From an uncultured Phycisphaerales bacterium (GTDB lineage Bacteria; Planctomycetota; Phycisphaerae; Sedimentisphaerales; Anaerobacaceae), in contig OY970359.1 of the NCBI GenBank assembly GCA_963718665.1, forward strand, positions 1,408,001-1,472,000: a stretch of 64,000 bases of DNA, read 5' to 3'. Both the position numbers and the translations under genes were made by a program. Shown piece by piece: positions 1-10,726 of this stretch; positions within the stretch are counted from its first letter, which is position 1, and every line of letters begins with the position of its first letter. Under the pieces are notes generated by a model, which was not told where the DNA came from, ran no database searches, and worked only from the letters and a program-made list of their open reading frames with translations.

Positions 1-247
1 CACGATGCTTTGCGCCTGCTGGGCCAAACCGATGCTTTTTGCGCCGGCGATGAACGATAAGATGTGGACGAACCCCGCGGTGCAGGAGAATGTCAAATTC
101 GCCGAACGAATCGGCGTTGAGCTTATAGGGCCGCGGCAGGGTCGGCTTGCCTGCGGCACCGAAGGCATCGGCAGGATGGCCGAACCACAGGAAATTTTAG
201 AGGCGGTCGGAAAAATTGCCGCCGGACTTAAACACAAACACAAGTAG
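1..247 (+). CDS. coaC: Phosphopantothenoylcysteine decarboxylase (flavoprotein), 3' part; gene begins before the window
   Basis: APAMNDKMW..NPAVQEN and GRLACG.EG.GRMAEP motifs; ends with its own stop codon just before coaB. Confidence 0.88.
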   Translation, partial: TMLCACWAKPMLFAPAMNDKMWTNPAVQENVKFAERIGVELIGPRQGRLACGTEGIGRMAEPQEILEAVGKIAAGLKHKHK

Positions 248-258
248 GTTTCTCTAGG

Positions 259-915
259 ATGTATTCTCGAAAGCGACGGCGAAAACTTCAGTTCTTAATT
301 ACGGCCGGGGGGACGCGAGAATATATTGACCCCGTGCGATTTATTTCCAACGCCAGCAGCGGCAAAATGGGCTATGAGCTCGCGCGGTCGGCGCTTTTGG
401 CCGGACATAACGTAACGTTGATAGTGGCGCCGACGAATCTGAACGCCCCAAAAGAAGCCAGCGTAATCGAGGTTGAATCCGCCCGCGATATGTTCGAGGC
501 GGTAAAAGATAAATTTGGCGGATGCGACTGCCTGATTATGACCGCGGCGGTTTCGGATTATACGCCGGCTAAACTCGCCCGGCATAAAATAAAAAAAAGC
601 CCCGGCGTAGTTACGCTGAGATTAAAACCCACCCAGGATATTTTGAAATGGGCCGGGACCCACAAGAAGCAAAATCAGGTTGTCGTCGGCTTTGCTCTGG
701 AAGACAGGAATATTAAGGCCGGCGCGGAGCGTAAGATGCGGGATAAGAATCTGGATATGATTATCGCCAACACGCCCGCCGCCATCGGTAACGAGCGGTG
801 TGAAGTTTGGACAAAAAAAGCCGGCCAGGAATGGTGCAGGTTTGCTGATGCGCCTAAAAAGCACGTTGCCAACCGGCTGATACGACTGATTGAAAAATCG
901 ATGCGGGTGGATTAG
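259..915 (+). CDS. coaB: Phosphopantothenate--cysteine ligase (stand-alone CoaB)
   Basis: LITAGGTREYIDPVRFISNASSGKMG, AAVSDY, VGFALE and LDMIIAN motifs. Confidence 0.92.
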   Translation: MYSRKRRRKLQFLITAGGTREYIDPVRFISNASSGKMGYELARSALLAGHNVTLIVAPTNLNAPKEASVIEVESARDMFEAVKDKFGGCDCLIMTAAVSDYTPAKLARHKIKKSPGVVTLRLKPTQDILKWAGTHKKQNQVVVGFALEDRNIKAGAERKMRDKNLDMIIANTPAAIGNERCEVWTKKAGQEWCRFADAPKKHVANRLIRLIEKSMRVD

Positions 916-3174
916 ATGGAATCAGAAAAAACCTGGCCCGAAACGATTTGTAAAGACCACCAAAAACGACTCATCTTCGGACTTTGTTTGTTACTGGCAA
1001 TCGGCATCATCGTGGTATATGGCCAAACGGCGGGTTTTGATTTTGTGGACTTCGACGATCAGATTCATGTCGTCAACAATCCAATGGTACCCGGGGGATT
1101 GACATGGAGCGGTATTAAATGGGCTTTTACCACGATGTATGCGGGCAACTGGATTCCGCTTGTATGGCTGTCTCTTATGCTCGATAAAAATGTATTCGGA
1201 TTCTGGACCGGCGGTTTTCATTTAGTCAACGTCGCGCTTCATATCGCCAACACAATTTTGCTGTTTTGGGTTTTGAAGCGATATACGAAGGCGGTTTGGG
1301 CAAGCTTCTTTGTGTCGGCGTTATTTGCTTTGCATCCACTGCACGTTGAGTCCGTCGCCTGGGTAACCGAGCGAAAAGACGTTCTTTGTACGCTGTTCTG
1401 GATGCTGACTATGCTGGCATACCTGCGATACGTTGAACGGCGGACGGTCTGGCGATATGTGATAATATTAGTGTTTTTTGCGATCGGTTTGATGGCGAAA
1501 CCAATGGTTGTTACGCTGCCATTTGTGCTTTTTATTATGGATTTTTGGCCTTTGAAGCGTTTGTGGCCCGAGGAGGGAGTTGGCGTTCCGATTTTCCAGC
1601 TGATAATTGAGAAGATACCGTTGCTTATTCTCTCGTTAGCGTCAAGCCGTGTGACTTTTATTGCTCAGAAAATGGGCGGGTCCGTAGCGAATTCAAGTGT
1701 TTTTCCTTTAGGTTATCGTGTCGGCAATGCTTTAGTTTCTTACTGCGACTATATATTGAAGATGTTTTGGCCCGTTGACCTGGCGGTTTTTTATCCTCAT
1801 CCGTCGGCAGGGATTGCGGCTTGGAAGATTGCGACATCAGCGGCGGTTCTTTTGGTGATTACGGTTGTTGTGTTATTGCTTCGACGGCGTCGATATTTAT
1901 TGACAGGGTGGCTGTGGTATCTGGGGACATTAATTCCCGTTATCGGGCTTGTGCAGGTGGGAAGGCAGGCGATGGCCGACCGTTATACCTATATTCCGCT
2001 GACTGGCCTTTTTATTATGCTGGTATGGCTTGCCGGCGATATATCGGGTAAATGGCGTAACAGGGTTTATCTTGTTGGTTTTGCCGGTTTGGTTATTCTC
2101 GGGACGCTGGGGGTTATGACGTTCAGGCAGGTCGGGTACTGGCGTGACACCATATCGCTGTTTACGCATACGGCCGCTGTCACCACGGACAATTATCTCG
2201 CATACAGTACTTTAGGGACTCGTTATGCCCATAATGGCGATCTCGAAAGGGCCAGGAGCAATATTGAGAAGGTAATGAAGGTGAACATGAGGGAAATTGA
2301 CGTTCTTTATAATGTTGCGAAGTGTTTGGATATGATGGGCAGGGCCGACGAAGCGATCGAATACTATAACCGGATTTTGGCGATTACTCCGGGCGAAACA
2401 GATACTTATATTGCTCTGGCCGAAATGGAATCCAAGAGGGGAAATTTTGAGCGCGCAATGGCTATATATCACGATGGGCTTAGATATCATCCTGAAAACG
2501 GGGATTTCCACGGCAGGTTTGGTTCGTTGTTATTGCAGACAGGACAGGTCGATGAGGCGATCAAAGAGCTGGAGACCGCGGTAAAGCTCAAAACGGATTC
2601 GGCGATATACGGAAATCTGGGAGTGGCGATGTTGACTAAGGGCGACGTCGACAAGGCAACGAGATATTTTAACGGGGCAATTCAGATTGATCCGGCCAAT
2701 GCGGAAGCACACTACAATCTCGGCAATACTTTTCTCGCGCAGGACCTGCCGGCAAAAGCGGTCGGCGAATACGAGATGGCAATTAGGGCAAAGCCGAACT
2801 ATGCCAAGGCATACAGCAATCTTGGTGTGGCATTTACGCAGATGGGGCAGACCGATAGGGCGATTGAGGGCTTTCATCGTGCAGTTGAACTCGACCCTAA
2901 TAATATCGAAGCACATTTCAATCTCGCTATGACGATAGCCGGCAAAGGGTTGATTGATGAGGCGGTTGAGCATTTGCATAAAGTTGTCGAATTGGTTCCT
3001 CAGAACACAACGGCTCACTGCCGGCTTGCAGAAATGCTGCTTCTTCAGGGTAAGATTGAACAGGCGACCGCTGAATATGAGCAGGCTTTGAAAATCGACC
3101 CTGCCGACAAAAATGCCCGGGTAGGTTTGGAAAAAATCCGTGCTGCGCAAAAAGGCAGTTCGCCTAAGCAATAA
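916..3174 (+). CDS. TMTC-like GT-C-fold membrane protein with C-terminal TPR repeats (putative protein glycosyltransferase)
   Basis: Multi-TM N-terminal half with FVDFDD, HPLHVESVAWVTERKD and ADRYTY motifs; many TPR units (e.g. AEAHYNLG, AYSNLG) at the C-terminus. Confidence 0.78.
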   Translation: MESEKTWPETICKDHQKRLIFGLCLLLAIGIIVVYGQTAGFDFVDFDDQIHVVNNPMVPGGLTWSGIKWAFTTMYAGNWIPLVWLSLMLDKNVFGFWTGGFHLVNVALHIANTILLFWVLKRYTKAVWASFFVSALFALHPLHVESVAWVTERKDVLCTLFWMLTMLAYLRYVERRTVWRYVIILVFFAIGLMAKPMVVTLPFVLFIMDFWPLKRLWPEEGVGVPIFQLIIEKIPLLILSLASSRVTFIAQKMGGSVANSSVFPLGYRVGNALVSYCDYILKMFWPVDLAVFYPHPSAGIAAWKIATSAAVLLVITVVVLLLRRRRYLLTGWLWYLGTLIPVIGLVQVGRQAMADRYTYIPLTGLFIMLVWLAGDISGKWRNRVYLVGFAGLVILGTLGVMTFRQVGYWRDTISLFTHTAAVTTDNYLAYSTLGTRYAHNGDLERARSNIEKVMKVNMREIDVLYNVAKCLDMMGRADEAIEYYNRILAITPGETDTYIALAEMESKRGNFERAMAIYHDGLRYHPENGDFHGRFGSLLLQTGQVDEAIKELETAVKLKTDSAIYGNLGVAMLTKGDVDKATRYFNGAIQIDPANAEAHYNLGNTFLAQDLPAKAVGEYEMAIRAKPNYAKAYSNLGVAFTQMGQTDRAIEGFHRAVELDPNNIEAHFNLAMTIAGKGLIDEAVEHLHKVVELVPQNTTAHCRLAEMLLLQGKIEQATAEYEQALKIDPADKNARVGLEKIRAAQKGSSPKQ

Positions 3175-3270
3175 AAACATAGAAATGCTTTACGTTTTTA
3201 TTCCGAAGACCGCTTTGAGCCAGGTTTTCGCCATAAGATGAGTGCCCGCCATTTCAATTCTCCTGAATTA

Positions 3271-3795
3271 CTAATCTTTGATGCCCAGGTCGTCTTTGGT
3301 CAATAGCGACTCGAATTTGTAGCCCGCTGATGTGATATTCTTGCCCGCGCCCTGTTTGCGGTCGATAACAGCGACGATTTTCTTTATTTTTGCTCCCGCC
3401 TCGGTGATTACCTTCGCGGCCTCAAGCACCTGTCCTCCCGTTGTAGCGATATCCTCAACGAGCAGCACAACATCGCCTTTATTGAGTTTTCCCTCGACGA
3501 GCTTTCCCGTGCCGTAGTCCTTTTTACTGTTTCGGATAATGACCCAGTTTTTGCCCGTCTCCATTGCCGCCGCCGCCGCAAGAGCGACGCCGCCGAGTTC
3601 CGCGCCGGCGATTAAAGTTACATCGCTGCCGACGTGCTTGGCGAATTCCTTGCCCAGCTCTTTGAGGATATCCGGGCAGGTCTCGAAGAGATACTTATCG
3701 AGATAGTATTTGCTGCGTTTGCCGCTTCTCAGAATAAAATCGCCCTCAAGATACGCCGTTTCCTTTACGCGTTTGATTAATTCGTTTCTGGTCAC
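3271..3795 (-). CDS. pyrE: Orotate phosphoribosyltransferase
   Basis: GDFILRSGKRSKYYLDK; PRPP-binding loop VLLVEDIATTGG; KDYGTG. Confidence 0.92.
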   Translation of the reverse strand: MTRNELIKRVKETAYLEGDFILRSGKRSKYYLDKYLFETCPDILKELGKEFAKHVGSDVTLIAGAELGGVALAAAAAMETGKNWVIIRNSKKDYGTGKLVEGKLNKGDVVLLVEDIATTGGQVLEAAKVITEAGAKIKKIVAVIDRKQGAGKNITSAGYKFESLLTKDDLGIKD

Positions 3796-3807
3796 TTTGC
3801 GGTTCCT

Positions 3808-5241
3808 TTATACGTGGAGGTCAACTTTTCGATTAAGCTGCTGTTTATATTTTCTTATTGCCGGGATTGCCACTTGTTTTATGAAATTATCGACCTGGTG
3901 AGGTGCGAGGCCGACGTAATCCTTTGAGTTCAGCACTTTGGCAAAATCAACTTTCGCAAATGCGGCGTCTGCTTTGAGCCGGTTGATGAGGTCGTTGGGT
4001 TCGCCAAGTTGTTTTACCTGTGCTGCGGCCTCGTGCGAGTGCCGTCTTATTTTTTCGTGGATTTCTTGTCTGTGGCCGCCTGCTTTTACAGCGGCCATAA
4101 GGATGTTTTCCGTTGCCATAAAAGGCAGTTCCGCTGCGACGTGTGAAGAGATAACCCGTGGATAGACGACAAGGCCATCGAGAACATTAGTCAGGATTTC
4201 GAGAATACCATCGACCGCCAAAAACGCCTCCGGGATAACGAGTCGTCGGTTTGCAGAATCATCTAATGTGCGTTCGAACCATTGTTGCGAGGCAGTCATA
4301 GCGGGGCTTGTCGCTAACGATAAGACGAATCTCGATAGCGCGGTTACCCTTTCGCATCGCATCGGGTTGCGTTTGTAAGCCATAGCAGATGAACCCACCT
4401 GCGATTTCTCAAACGGCTCTTCGATTTCTTTTAGGTTTGCCAGCAATCGCAGGTCAGTGCAGAGCTTCTGGGCGGATTGGGCGATTAAGGCAAGGGCGTT
4501 TATGGCCAGTGTATCGATTTTTCGCTGATACGTCTGGCCTGTTACGGCACAGATGTTTTTGAAGCCGAATGCCGCAGCGACCATTTTATCAAGCCGGTCA
4601 ACTTTATTCTGGTTGCCGTCGAATAAGGCGAGGAACGATGCCTGTGTTCCCGTCGTGCCTTTGATGCCCCTGAAGGGTAGCGTATCTAATCGGTGTTCGA
4701 TTTCTTTGAGGTCCATCGCGAATTCGTAGCACCACAGCGTCGCGCGTTTGCCGACGGTGGTCAGTTGTGCGGGCTGATAATGCGTGAAGCCTAGTGTCGG
4801 CGTCGCCTTGTATTTTTTTGCGAACCGCGCCAGCAGGTTTATTGCCGCTGCGACTTTGCCCGCGGTGATTCGCAGGCCCTCGCGAATAATAATCAAATCG
4901 GCGTTGTCGCTGATATCGCAGCTCGTCGCGCCGAGGTGGATAATCGGCGCTGCTTTCGGAGCCGCATCAGCGAACGTGTGAATATGCGCCATAACGTCGT
5001 GGCGAACCTTCTTTTCATATTCCGCGGCCTTCTTAAAGTTGATGTCGTCGAGGTGCCGGGCCATTTCAGTGATTTGCGCGTTGGATATTTTCAGGCCGAG
5101 CTTTTTTTCCGTCTTTGCCAGCTCAAGCCATATTCGCCGCCACGTGCCGAATTTCTTCTGTGGCCCGAATAACTCTGCCATTTCCTTCGATGCATTTCTT
5201 TCCACCAGCGGGCTTGTATAAGTGCTTGTGTTCTCTGTCAT
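3808..5241 (-). CDS. purB: Adenylosuccinate lyase
   Basis: RHDVMAH, IHLGATS, GFTHYQPAQ and the fumarate-lyase signature GSSAMAYKRNP. Confidence 0.95.
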   Translation of the reverse strand: MTENTSTYTSPLVERNASKEMAELFGPQKKFGTWRRIWLELAKTEKKLGLKISNAQITEMARHLDDINFKKAAEYEKKVRHDVMAHIHTFADAAPKAAPIIHLGATSCDISDNADLIIIREGLRITAGKVAAAINLLARFAKKYKATPTLGFTHYQPAQLTTVGKRATLWCYEFAMDLKEIEHRLDTLPFRGIKGTTGTQASFLALFDGNQNKVDRLDKMVAAAFGFKNICAVTGQTYQRKIDTLAINALALIAQSAQKLCTDLRLLANLKEIEEPFEKSQVGSSAMAYKRNPMRCERVTALSRFVLSLATSPAMTASQQWFERTLDDSANRRLVIPEAFLAVDGILEILTNVLDGLVVYPRVISSHVAAELPFMATENILMAAVKAGGHRQEIHEKIRRHSHEAAAQVKQLGEPNDLINRLKADAAFAKVDFAKVLNSKDYVGLAPHQVDNFIKQVAIPAIRKYKQQLNRKVDLHV

Positions 5242-5253
5242 TTTCAATCCTTT

Positions 5254-6222
5254 TTATTTGGCTAATTTATTTTCACGTTCAGCGAGTAATTTTTCGATTT
5301 CGGCTATATCGTTTTTGGTCAGTATCCAGTCGGCGGCGGGGGCGGTTTCAGCGATTTGGGACGGTTTTCGTGCGCCGACGATTGCCGCGGTCACTTCAGG
5401 CCTGCGAAGAACCCAGGCGATAGCTAACTGGGCGAGCGTCTTTTTGTTTCTTTCGGCGATTGGTCTTAGTTTATCGACGAACGCAAGGGTCGCGGAAAAT
5501 TCCGGCTCTTGGTAATCGCTGCTTTTGAGCCGATGGTCGTCGGGCGCAAGCGTCGCGAGGTATTTTTTGCTGAATTTACCCGTCAGTAATCCCCGCTGCA
5601 TAGGGCTATAAGCAACAACGCCGATATTGTTTTTTGCGCAATAGGGTAACAATTCCGCCTCAACCCCTCTGCGAATCATACTGTAAGGCGGCTGCAAAGA
5701 AATAACCGGCGCAATTTTGCGGATTCGGTCGAGCTGGGCCGTATTGTAATTGCATACTCCGATGTATCTGACTTTGCCCTGCTTTTGCAGCCGGGCCATT
5801 TCTCCCCAGCCCTCTTCGATATCCTTTTCCGGGTCGGGCCAGTGCATCTGATACAGGTCAATTACTTCAACACCGAGGCGCTTCAAGCTTTCTTCGCACT
5901 CTTTGCGGATGCTTTCCGCCTTAAGACAGCCGATTTTTTCTCTTTTATCATTCCAGAGTAAGCTGCACTTGGTAGCGATAATGGGCTTTATTTTAGTTTG
6001 CTTTAATGCCCTGCCGACAAGTTCTTCGGAATGTCCGCAGCCGTAGATTGCCGCGGTGTCAATCCAGTTTATACCGAGGTCGATGGCCTTCAAGATTGCG
6101 GCTATCGCCTCGTTTTCATCCTGCGGGCCCCAGCCGTATTGCCAGGGGCCGCCTATGGCCCAGGTGCCTAAGCCAACGACAGTCAGTTCCAAATCCGTAT
6201 TACCAAGTCGTCTTGTGCGCAT
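5254..6222 (-). CDS. Aldo/keto reductase
   Basis: GLGTWAIGG, IDTAAIYG, IDLYQMHWP, YSPMQRGLLTGK motifs. Confidence 0.92.
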   Translation of the reverse strand: MRTRRLGNTDLELTVVGLGTWAIGGPWQYGWGPQDENEAIAAILKAIDLGINWIDTAAIYGCGHSEELVGRALKQTKIKPIIATKCSLLWNDKREKIGCLKAESIRKECEESLKRLGVEVIDLYQMHWPDPEKDIEEGWGEMARLQKQGKVRYIGVCNYNTAQLDRIRKIAPVISLQPPYSMIRRGVEAELLPYCAKNNIGVVAYSPMQRGLLTGKFSKKYLATLAPDDHRLKSSDYQEPEFSATLAFVDKLRPIAERNKKTLAQLAIAWVLRRPEVTAAIVGARKPSQIAETAPAADWILTKNDIAEIEKLLAERENKLAK

Positions 6223-6342
6223 AGCCAAACTCCGAAATAGGAATATCTAGTAATAGGATATTGCCGAACAGCACGTTTAGCAACACTGTTAAGTAGTTTT
6301 TTCGGGTGCGGCAACGATTCGTTGGTGTGTGAAATTTAATAC

Positions 6343-6371
6343 TTGCATTGCCAGCAATAATTAGTTATACT
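6343..6371 (+). promoter_or_regulatory. Putative sigma70 promoter of the KimA-like gene
   Basis: TTGCAT (6343-6348), 17-nt spacer, TATACT (6366-6371). Confidence 0.55.
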
Positions 6372-6483
6372 TATGCAATTCCCATTGCCGCTTATATTAG
6401 ATGCTAATCACCATGAAATTTTATAGACAGGCAGGTCGAATTGTATATGGTGTTCAGCATAACATTTTTGAAGTGAGTTTTTA

Positions 6484-8480
6484 ATGCAGCAAGAACCAAA
6501 CTTACAGCAGAAGCTGAAAGATCTGGTAATAGGCAAATCCCGCAGCCCGCGGGATACACGGATTTTCCACAAACTTTCACTCATAGCGTTTTTTGCCTGG
6601 GTTGGGCTTGGCGCCGACGGCCTGTCGTCTTCCTGTTACGGTCCGCAGGAGGCGTTCCTGGCGCTGGGTCATCATCCGTATTTGGCTGTTTTTGTCGCGA
6701 TTGCCACGGCGCTGACGGTTTTCGTCATCAGCGCCAGTTACTCACAAATAGTCGAGCTTTTCCCCACGGGCGGCGGCGGATATCTTGTCGCAAGCAAATT
6801 ATTATCACCCGGACTGGGGATGCTCTCCGGCTGCGCACTGCTCATCGACTACGTGCTGACAATCGCCGTTTCAATCGCCAGCGGTACTGACGCTCTATGT
6901 AGCTCGCTTCCTTTGAAATGGCAGTCATACCGCCTCAGCTTCGCGGTGTGCGTTGTTTTGCTGATGACGCTGCTGAATACGAGAGGGGTCAAAGAATCGA
7001 TATTGCCGTTGGTCCCGATATTTCTGGCGTTTTTGGTGACCCACATCTTCGTAATCCTGTACGCGGTATTTACGCATCTGCCGGCACTGAAAGGGATTGC
7101 GGTTTCCACCGGCACCGATGTGCACAGCAGCATTTCTGAGGTTGGTTTCTGGGGGATGTTTTTTCTGATAGTGCGTGCGTATAGTATGGGCGCAGGCACA
7201 TTCACCGGAATTGAGGCGGTGAGTAACGGCATACCGGTTCTAAGGGAGCCGAGGGCAGAAACCGCCAGACACACGATGCGATATATGGCCTTTTCGCTCG
7301 CCTTTATGGTTCTCGGACTGGCGATTGGGTATCTGATTTACGGAGTAACATCTGAGCCCGGCAAGACCTTAAACGCGGTTCTTTTTGAGCGGGCGACACA
7401 GGGTTGGAATACCAATTGCGCAGTCGCTCTCATTTTTGTTGCGCTTATGTCGGAGGCGACGCTTCTGTTTGTTGCCGCCCAGACCGGATTTCTGGATGGC
7501 CCCAGGGTGCTGGCGAATATGTCTCTCGACAGGTGGTTTCCCACAAGGTTCTCAGCGCTTAGCGACCGGCTGGTAATCCAGAAGGGAATCATGATTATGG
7601 GAGGCCTGTCCCTTGTAATAATGATTATCTCCAAGGGTTCAGTCAGATTCCTCGTTGTTCTTTACAGTATCAACGTTTTCATCACTTTTGCCCTGTCCCA
7701 GCTTGGTATGGTTCGGCATTGGTGGAACGACCGTTTTACCGTAAGGGGCTGGCGCAGAAAGTTGTTTATTAACGGAATAGGGCTGGTTTTGACCGTCTCT
7801 ATTCTTGCGATGATGGTTATATTCAAGTTTTTTGAGGGCGGATGGATAACGCTGTTGATAACAGGAGCACTGGTCGGGCTGGCGATTCTTATAAAACGAC
7901 ATTACCATAACGTCTGGCTGCTTCTCCGCCGACTCGACAATCTTGTAACCAAGCCGGAGTTTTCGGATGCCGGTCTTCTGTCGGGAACGGCTGCGCCGGT
8001 TGTCGAGCCGAAGTTTGACCCCAACGGCAGGACCGCGGTTCTGCTTGTCAGCGGTTTCAACGGGATGGGATTGCACACGCTGTTTAACGTGATGCGACTA
8101 TTCGGCGGCGTCTTCAAGAATTTCATCTTTGTCCAGGTCGGCGTCATAGACGTCGGTAATTTCAAAGGGCGCAGGAGGTCGGGAATCTCGAATCGCAGGC
8201 CAAAGTTGAGGTCAGCTGTTACGTTAATCTTATGAGAAGAAACGGATTGTATGCCGAGGGCATTTCCGAAATTGGCGTTGACATAGTTGACGAGGTTATG
8301 AAAATCACCCCTAAGATTATTGAGCGATTCCCCTCGGCGATGTTCTTCGGCGGACAGCTTGTCTTTGAAAAGGATTCCTTTGTCCACCGGTTTCTTCATA
8401 ACCACATAGTATTTTCCCTGCAAAGAAAGTTATACCACCAGGGCATTCCTTTTGTAATACTGCCCATACGTGTGTACTAA
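6484..8480 (+). CDS. APC-family permease, KimA/YdaO-like (probable K+ transporter); apparent 1-nt frameshift near 8167-8172
   Basis: GADGLSSSCYGPQE, GGGGY, LLIDYVLT, FTGIEAVSNG motifs. Adding one G to GGGCGC joins ORF 6484-8235 to ORF 8232-8480 (FKG-AQEVGNL...MRRNG). Confidence 0.8.
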
Positions 8481-8513
8481 GAGTTTGACAGTCTTAATGA
8501 AAGGGCATATCGA

Positions 8514-10616
8514 ATGACCGGAAGAGTAAGCTCATTGGTCGTGATGGCAGCCGCTGCGTTCGCTAACGGACAAACTTTGCAGCGCCCGCAAAACATGATA
8601 CCGGTTACTGACGGCTGGAAGTTCATAAGGGCCGATGTGAATAACGCCGAAACGGTTGCTTTTGACGATTCGGAATGGTCTAAGGTAACACTGCCGCATA
8701 CCTGGAACGATAAAGACACTCTCGGTGGCCCTAACTATTATCGCGGCCCCGGCTGGTATCGAACAAAGCTGGTTATACCGGAATCCGCAAAGGGCCAGCG
8801 GGTATTTATTCAGTTTGAGGCGGCGAGTTTGGTCGCCGACGTGTATTTCAACGGCGTGCATCTTGGACAGCACCGCGGAGGATTTACCGCCTTTTGTTAT
8901 GAGCTTACGCCATACATTAAAAAGAATAGCCCGAATATTCTTGCGGTGCGGGTTGACAATTCGTCTTTCGCGGATGTCCCGCCTTTGAGCGGCGATTTCA
9001 ATATCCAGGGTGGCATTTATCGCTCCGTCTGGTTAATCGTCAAAAATCCCGTCTGCATAACGCCTCTCGATTACGCCTCGCCGGGAATATATATAAAGCA
9101 AACCGAAGTTACAAAAGAAGAAGCGATAGTCGATGTTCTGGCGAAGGTTTCAAACGGACTCGATAAGCAGGCAATAATTAAATCGCGTGTTACGATATTT
9201 GATGCCGATTCAGCGACGGTTGCGAAGGCAGAAGAACCGGCACAGGTCGAGCCGGGCCAGACGAAAAGCGTGAATAACCGGATTCGGATTGCCAATCCGC
9301 ATTTGTGGAATGGCCGTGAAGACCCATACCTTTATCAGGTGAAAGTCGAATTAGTTTGCGACGGCAACAAGGTGGTCGATGAGGTGACTGAGCAGATGGG
9401 ATTGCGTTACTACAGCGTCGATGCGAACAAGGGCTTCTTCCTCAATGGCGAGTCGTATCCGCTCCACGGCGTCTGCCGCCATCAGGACAGAGTCGGTAAG
9501 GGATGGGCAATCAGTTATGCAGACCAGGATGAAGATGCGAACATGATTATGGAAATCGGCGCGACTTGTGTTCGGCTGGCGCACTATCCGCACTCGAATT
9601 ATTTTCTTTCGCTTTGCGACAAAACCGGCCTTGTCGTCTGGGCGGAAATACCTTTGGTCAATCAGGTATATGGTACTCCCGCTTTTGCGGAAAACGCGAA
9701 ACAGCAGTTAACGGAGCTTATCCGCCAGAGATATAACCACCCGTCGATTTTTTTCTGGAGTTTATACAATGAGCTTGGCAATTCAGGCAAATGTGATGAC
9801 CCAAGACCGTTGTTGACCGAGCTGCAATCACTGGCAAAACAGGAGGATTCCACCCGCCTTACGACAGCCGCATCAAATGACCCCAGCAACAAATGGCCTG
9901 GCGTGCGCAAGATAGCCGACTTGATTGCCTGGAATCCGTATCCCGGCTGGTATTACGGCAGCCCGCCTCAGATGAAACAGCTCCTGGATAAATACAAAAA
10001 AGACGCCAATGATAAGCCGATTGGTGTCAGCGAATACGGGGCAGGGGCGAATATTAAGCAGCACGAGCAGAATATGAAAAAAGGGCCGACGCCGGGAGGC
10101 AAATGGCATCCGGAAGAATGGCAGGCGATTGTCCACGAGGAAGATTATGCCGCAATGGAAGCGAGACCTTATCTTTGGGGTACTTTCGCGTGGGTGATGT
10201 TTGATTTTGGCTCAGCCGGGCGAAACGAAGGAGATACCCACGGCATTAATGACAAAGGGCTTGTTACCGCAGACAGAAAGACCCGTAAAGACGCCTTTTA
10301 TTTTTACAAAGCAAAGTGGTCAGCCGAGCCGGTTGTGTATATCACCAGCCGACGTCACACCGAGCGAACGGACCCGAATACGATGGTGAAGATTTATTCA
10401 AACTGTGATTCGGTTGAACTGAAAGTTAACGGCCAGTCTCTCGGCAGCAAGACGGAAACAAGTCGCGTATTCAAATGGTTCGACATCCGCCTAAAACCCG
10501 GCCTTAATACAATCGAGGTGGCCGCAACCCACGACGGCAAAACATACTCCGACAAGTGCGAATGGACTTTGATGCCTCCAGTCGAGCCGAATCAGGCCAC
10601 AGAGCCGAACAAGTAA
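8514..10616 (+). CDS. Secreted glycoside hydrolase family 2 (beta-galactosidase/glucuronidase-like)
   Basis: N-terminal signal-like segment; HGVCRHQD, RLAHYPH, acid/base WSLYNE and nucleophile SEYG motifs. Confidence 0.9.
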   Translation: MTGRVSSLVVMAAAAFANGQTLQRPQNMIPVTDGWKFIRADVNNAETVAFDDSEWSKVTLPHTWNDKDTLGGPNYYRGPGWYRTKLVIPESAKGQRVFIQFEAASLVADVYFNGVHLGQHRGGFTAFCYELTPYIKKNSPNILAVRVDNSSFADVPPLSGDFNIQGGIYRSVWLIVKNPVCITPLDYASPGIYIKQTEVTKEEAIVDVLAKVSNGLDKQAIIKSRVTIFDADSATVAKAEEPAQVEPGQTKSVNNRIRIANPHLWNGREDPYLYQVKVELVCDGNKVVDEVTEQMGLRYYSVDANKGFFLNGESYPLHGVCRHQDRVGKGWAISYADQDEDANMIMEIGATCVRLAHYPHSNYFLSLCDKTGLVVWAEIPLVNQVYGTPAFAENAKQQLTELIRQRYNHPSIFFWSLYNELGNSGKCDDPRPLLTELQSLAKQEDSTRLTTAASNDPSNKWPGVRKIADLIAWNPYPGWYYGSPPQMKQLLDKYKKDANDKPIGVSEYGAGANIKQHEQNMKKGPTPGGKWHPEEWQAIVHEEDYAAMEARPYLWGTFAWVMFDFGSAGRNEGDTHGINDKGLVTADRKTRKDAFYFYKAKWSAEPVVYITSRRHTERTDPNTMVKIYSNCDSVELKVNGQSLGSKTETSRVFKWFDIRLKPGLNTIEVAATHDGKTYSDKCEWTLMPPVEPNQATEPNK

Positions 10617-10726
10617 TCAACGAGGCCCGTCTTGTCTCTGGATTGACCGCAGCGAGCTTAGCATAAACACGTCGAGCGCAAAGACCACCACGACCAGGAC
10701 CGACAGTAAACTCGCCTTTGTACAGG

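Noticed and set aside
6230..6483. c-di-AMP (ydaO) riboswitch upstream of the KimA-like gene
   Set aside because: AT-rich leader without the conserved GCTGAATCC / GGGG blocks
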